A stretch of 59,452 nucleotides of DNA, filler included. It is 4 parts of 4 records of this genome, joined end to end, with 100 filler letters (N's around TTAATTAATTAA, not from the genome) between each part and the next. Parts side by side here need not be neighbours in the genome. Positions count along the whole stretch, not along the records: positions 39,447 to 59,452 come from DRR723986_6859; 3 more parts are not named here. One strand, written 5' to 3'. The position numbers and the translations under genes were made by a program. Positions within the stretch are counted from its first letter, which is position 1, and each line of letters opens with the position of its first letter. This document shows positions 57,211 to 59,452 of the stretch, piece after piece. The notes under the pieces were generated by a model, which worked only from the letters and a program-made list of their open reading frames with translations, was not told the origin of the DNA and did no database searches.

Positions 57211-59452
57211 TCAGGGTGCGCAGCTTAGGCCTGAGTCTTCTGCATAACAAGTGCCCGGCTTTGTTGCACCACCCTCGCCCTCGGTTGCAGGCCTGCCCGG
57301 GCCCACTTCCGCCACCACACCATTGATAATTTTGCCAGCCACGTTTTCAGTGCGAACCACGGAACGGGTTTGCTCCTGGCGAGCCAAGACCACAGCGCCT
57401 TGGGCAGTCGTCAAGGCGGCAGCTTCTTGGGGTGAAAGCAGCAAGCTGCCGTTGTAAACCACGGGAATGCGATCCAGACTGCGTGCCCCATCGTAGAAAA
57501 ACGCTTGAGTGCCCTTGCGCTCCGGGCCCGCCAGGTAAACCACTTGCCCAGGCAACAGATTACTTCCCTCAAAGGGTAGTACTGTGAGGAAACCACCCAA
57601 GCCCGGACGATTGATGTCACCAACTTCAACCCGAATGGCACCGGCACCGGCCGACTGACCTGAACCAGACGATTCGCCAAATGTCGCCAAACCACCCGGT
57701 TGCCCATTCACTCCCCCCAAGGGTATCGAAAGTGTCAGGCCTGCGTAAGAGCGCGCTGTACCCACAGCAAGGTCGTTGTAAGGCATCCGAGCACGGATCA
57801 CCGCATCACTGCCCAGTGTGGCCAGGCCACGCGCTCGAACAGCAATCAAGTCTGCCTCGGCACCCTGCCCTCCAATATTCAACCGCACGTCGTTGTTAAC
57901 TGCAAACAGACTAGCGCCACGATCTGCCACATAAGAGAAAGATTGATTGTGGCTTTGCCCGGCCAGTACGCCGACCTGACCATTGATCTGGTTATTCTGC
58001 GTCAGGACAATTGAACCGTTTTCAGGTGAATTGAACTGGGTTGTGGCACCAGCAGTGGTGAGCAATTGCCCTGAACGTTGATGAATCATCGGGCTGGCCA
58101 CAGTAATGCGACCGAGTCCTGTGAATGGATTCACCGCTTCTTTGCTGGAGAATACATCCAGCGAAGGTGGCAAGACCAGAGCAATGTCGGCAGAAGACAA
58201 TGGTCGCGACACGCCTTTCGCAGTGAAGGTCAAAGCACCACCTGTTTGCTCAATTGTGCCCAGCAGAAGCATGCGGCCATCGGCGGTCAACTGCCCGCCC
58301 CGACTGTTCAGGTTCAACAACTGCATGTCGCCCAAGGTCGACAAACGGGTTTGCTCCGCACTGGCACTGACCGTGCCCCGAAAGCGGTTATCTGCATGCT
58401 GCAAATCAATTTCGCCACCGATTGATTCAAGCCTGGCATCGCCCCCAACCTGCAAACGCCCCACCTGGGAAATCTGATTGGCAGACACAACAAGATCACC
58501 ATCGAACTGGGAATCCGCGAACTGCACCTGCATGCCGCTGACTTCCGCATTACCCCCTACATTCAGGGCCAAAGTACCAGTCGATGAGGTGGTATTGACA
58601 TTCAAGTTGCCGCTGGTTCCCAGTGCAACCGAACCACCTGACTGTACTTGCGTGTTGCCATTGAACTGGTTGCCGGAATTGGTCAAACTGATTTGGGCTG
58701 CTGTCAAGCTTGCATCATTCAACATGACCGACCTGCTTTGGGTTAATGCACCAGTCAATTCGATCTGGCTTGCACCATCCACTTGCGTGCTACCAAGCTC
58801 CACATTGTTGGCTTGTAATTCAAAGTTGCCTAACACGCGTGCGGCCAGGGCGAGGTTTTCACCCTGCATGGCGAAATCATTTTTGTCTGTAATCGACACG
58901 CTTGCGTTGGCGGAATCCGGATTTTGAACCGTAATTTTCCCGATAAAATCGTTCTCTGAATTGTTCAGATCTACCCGGTCACTGCGCAGGTTTGTATCAC
59001 CCTTCACATTCAAAGCTGCTGTTTGGCGCACTTCAGCAGCCGCTATATCCAGCTGCTGCAACTCACCAAGCTGACCCAAACTGACCTCTTGTGCTTGCAG
59101 ATTCAAATTACCCAAATTTGCACCTTGTACCCGCAAGGTACCGGCACTGCTCAAAGTTGCCTGGCTTGCATCTTCCACACGAAGCAGACTGTTGAAGCTG
59201 TTGCCCTGGTTACCCAGATCAACATGATTGGCTTGCAGCAAGACACTGGAATTGGCGGTCAGGGTACCGTCTTGTTCAATCGACAGGGCACGCAACTCCG
59301 CTGCGCCATTCAATTGACCCGACACATTCAGCACATTCGCATCAGTAACAACTGTTGTGCCTGAAACATTCAATGCCACATTGCCTTGGAAGTCATTGGC
59401 TTGATGATTCAAATCAACTGCAGCTGCTTCAATGGTCGCATTGTTTCGAACA
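57211..59452 (-). CDS. Large beta-helical FHA/TpsA-like exoprotein, C-terminal part (5' end beyond window)
   Basis: Frame open to window end; recurring (V/I)xLxxxxNxFxG repeats; N/G/S/T/A-rich; C-terminal Cys pair. Confidence 0.75.
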   Translation of the reverse strand, partial: VRNNATIEAAAVDLNHQANDFQGNVALNVSGTTVVTDANVLNVSGQLNGAAELRALSIEQDGTLTANSSVLLQANHVDLGNQGNSFNSLLRVEDASQATLSSAGTLRVQGANLGNLNLQAQEVSLGQLGELQQLDIAAAEVRQTAALNVKGDTNLRSDRVDLNNSENDFIGKITVQNPDSANASVSITDKNDFAMQGENLALAARVLGNFELQANNVELGSTQVDGASQIELTGALTQSRSVMLNDASLTAAQISLTNSGNQFNGNTQVQSGGSVALGTSGNLNVNTTSSTGTLALNVGGNAEVSGMQVQFADSQFDGDLVVSANQISQVGRLQVGGDARLESIGGEIDLQHADNRFRGTVSASAEQTRLSTLGDMQLLNLNSRGGQLTADGRMLLLGTIEQTGGALTFTAKGVSRPLSSADIALVLPPSLDVFSSKEAVNPFTGLGRITVASPMIHQRSGQLLTTAGATTQFNSPENGSIVLTQNNQINGQVGVLAGQSHNQSFSYVADRGASLFAVNNDVRLNIGGQGAEADLIAVRARGLATLGSDAVIRARMPYNDLAVGTARSYAGLTLSIPLGGVNGQPGGLATFGESSGSGQSAGAGAIRVEVGDINRPGLGGFLTVLPFEGSNLLPGQVVYLAGPERKGTQAFFYDGARSLDRIPVVYNGSLLLSPQEAAALTTAQGAVVLARQEQTRSVVRTENVAGKIINGVVAEVGPGRPATEGEGGATKPGTCYAEDSGLSCAP

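Overview
This window is not one continuous locus. It is four contigs joined by identical artificial 100-nt spacers (44 N + TTAATTAATTAA + 44 N) at 26516-26615, 33311-33410 and 39347-39446. Contigs 1-3 (1-26515, 26616-33310, 33411-39346) are GC-rich and look Rhodobacteraceae/Roseobacter-like. Contig 1 carries ALDH, peroxiredoxins, a RimB-like protease-rimK-deacylase operon, pimFCD-like beta-oxidation genes, znuA/zur-znuCB with Zur boxes, sfsA, map, rsmD, acetoacetyl-CoA ligase and a partial tRNA-Ala. Contig 2 carries a nucleoside ABC permease, TauE/TIGR02186, a RecD-like helicase, a LuxR with no luxI, and ccr. Contig 3 carries a DoeD-like aminotransferase, a compact HpxW-like amidohydrolase / oxalate-CoA-ligase-like / PanE-like operon and a partial tRNA-Gly. 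Contig 4 (39447-59452) has lower GC and looks betaproteobacterial (possibly Limnobacter-like, an impression only). It carries a PhaC-like synthase, an ars operon (arsR, deleted arsC, arsC, aqpS), a pstCAB-pstS cluster with Pho boxes, rlhA, msrA, a tandem-duplicated secreted unknown protein, nhaR-like/HPF/htpX, NlpC/P60, glcG and the 3' end of a large FHA-like exoprotein. Best candidates for new biology are: (1) a putative oxamate -> oxalate -> oxalyl-CoA -> glyoxylate operon; (2) a Pho box directly upstream of the ars operon; (3) the two-module secreted protein; (4) the NhaR-like/HPF/HtpX module; (5) the LuxR solo at a site where luxI is normally found. All family calls come from motif recognition and recall; no database searches were run.
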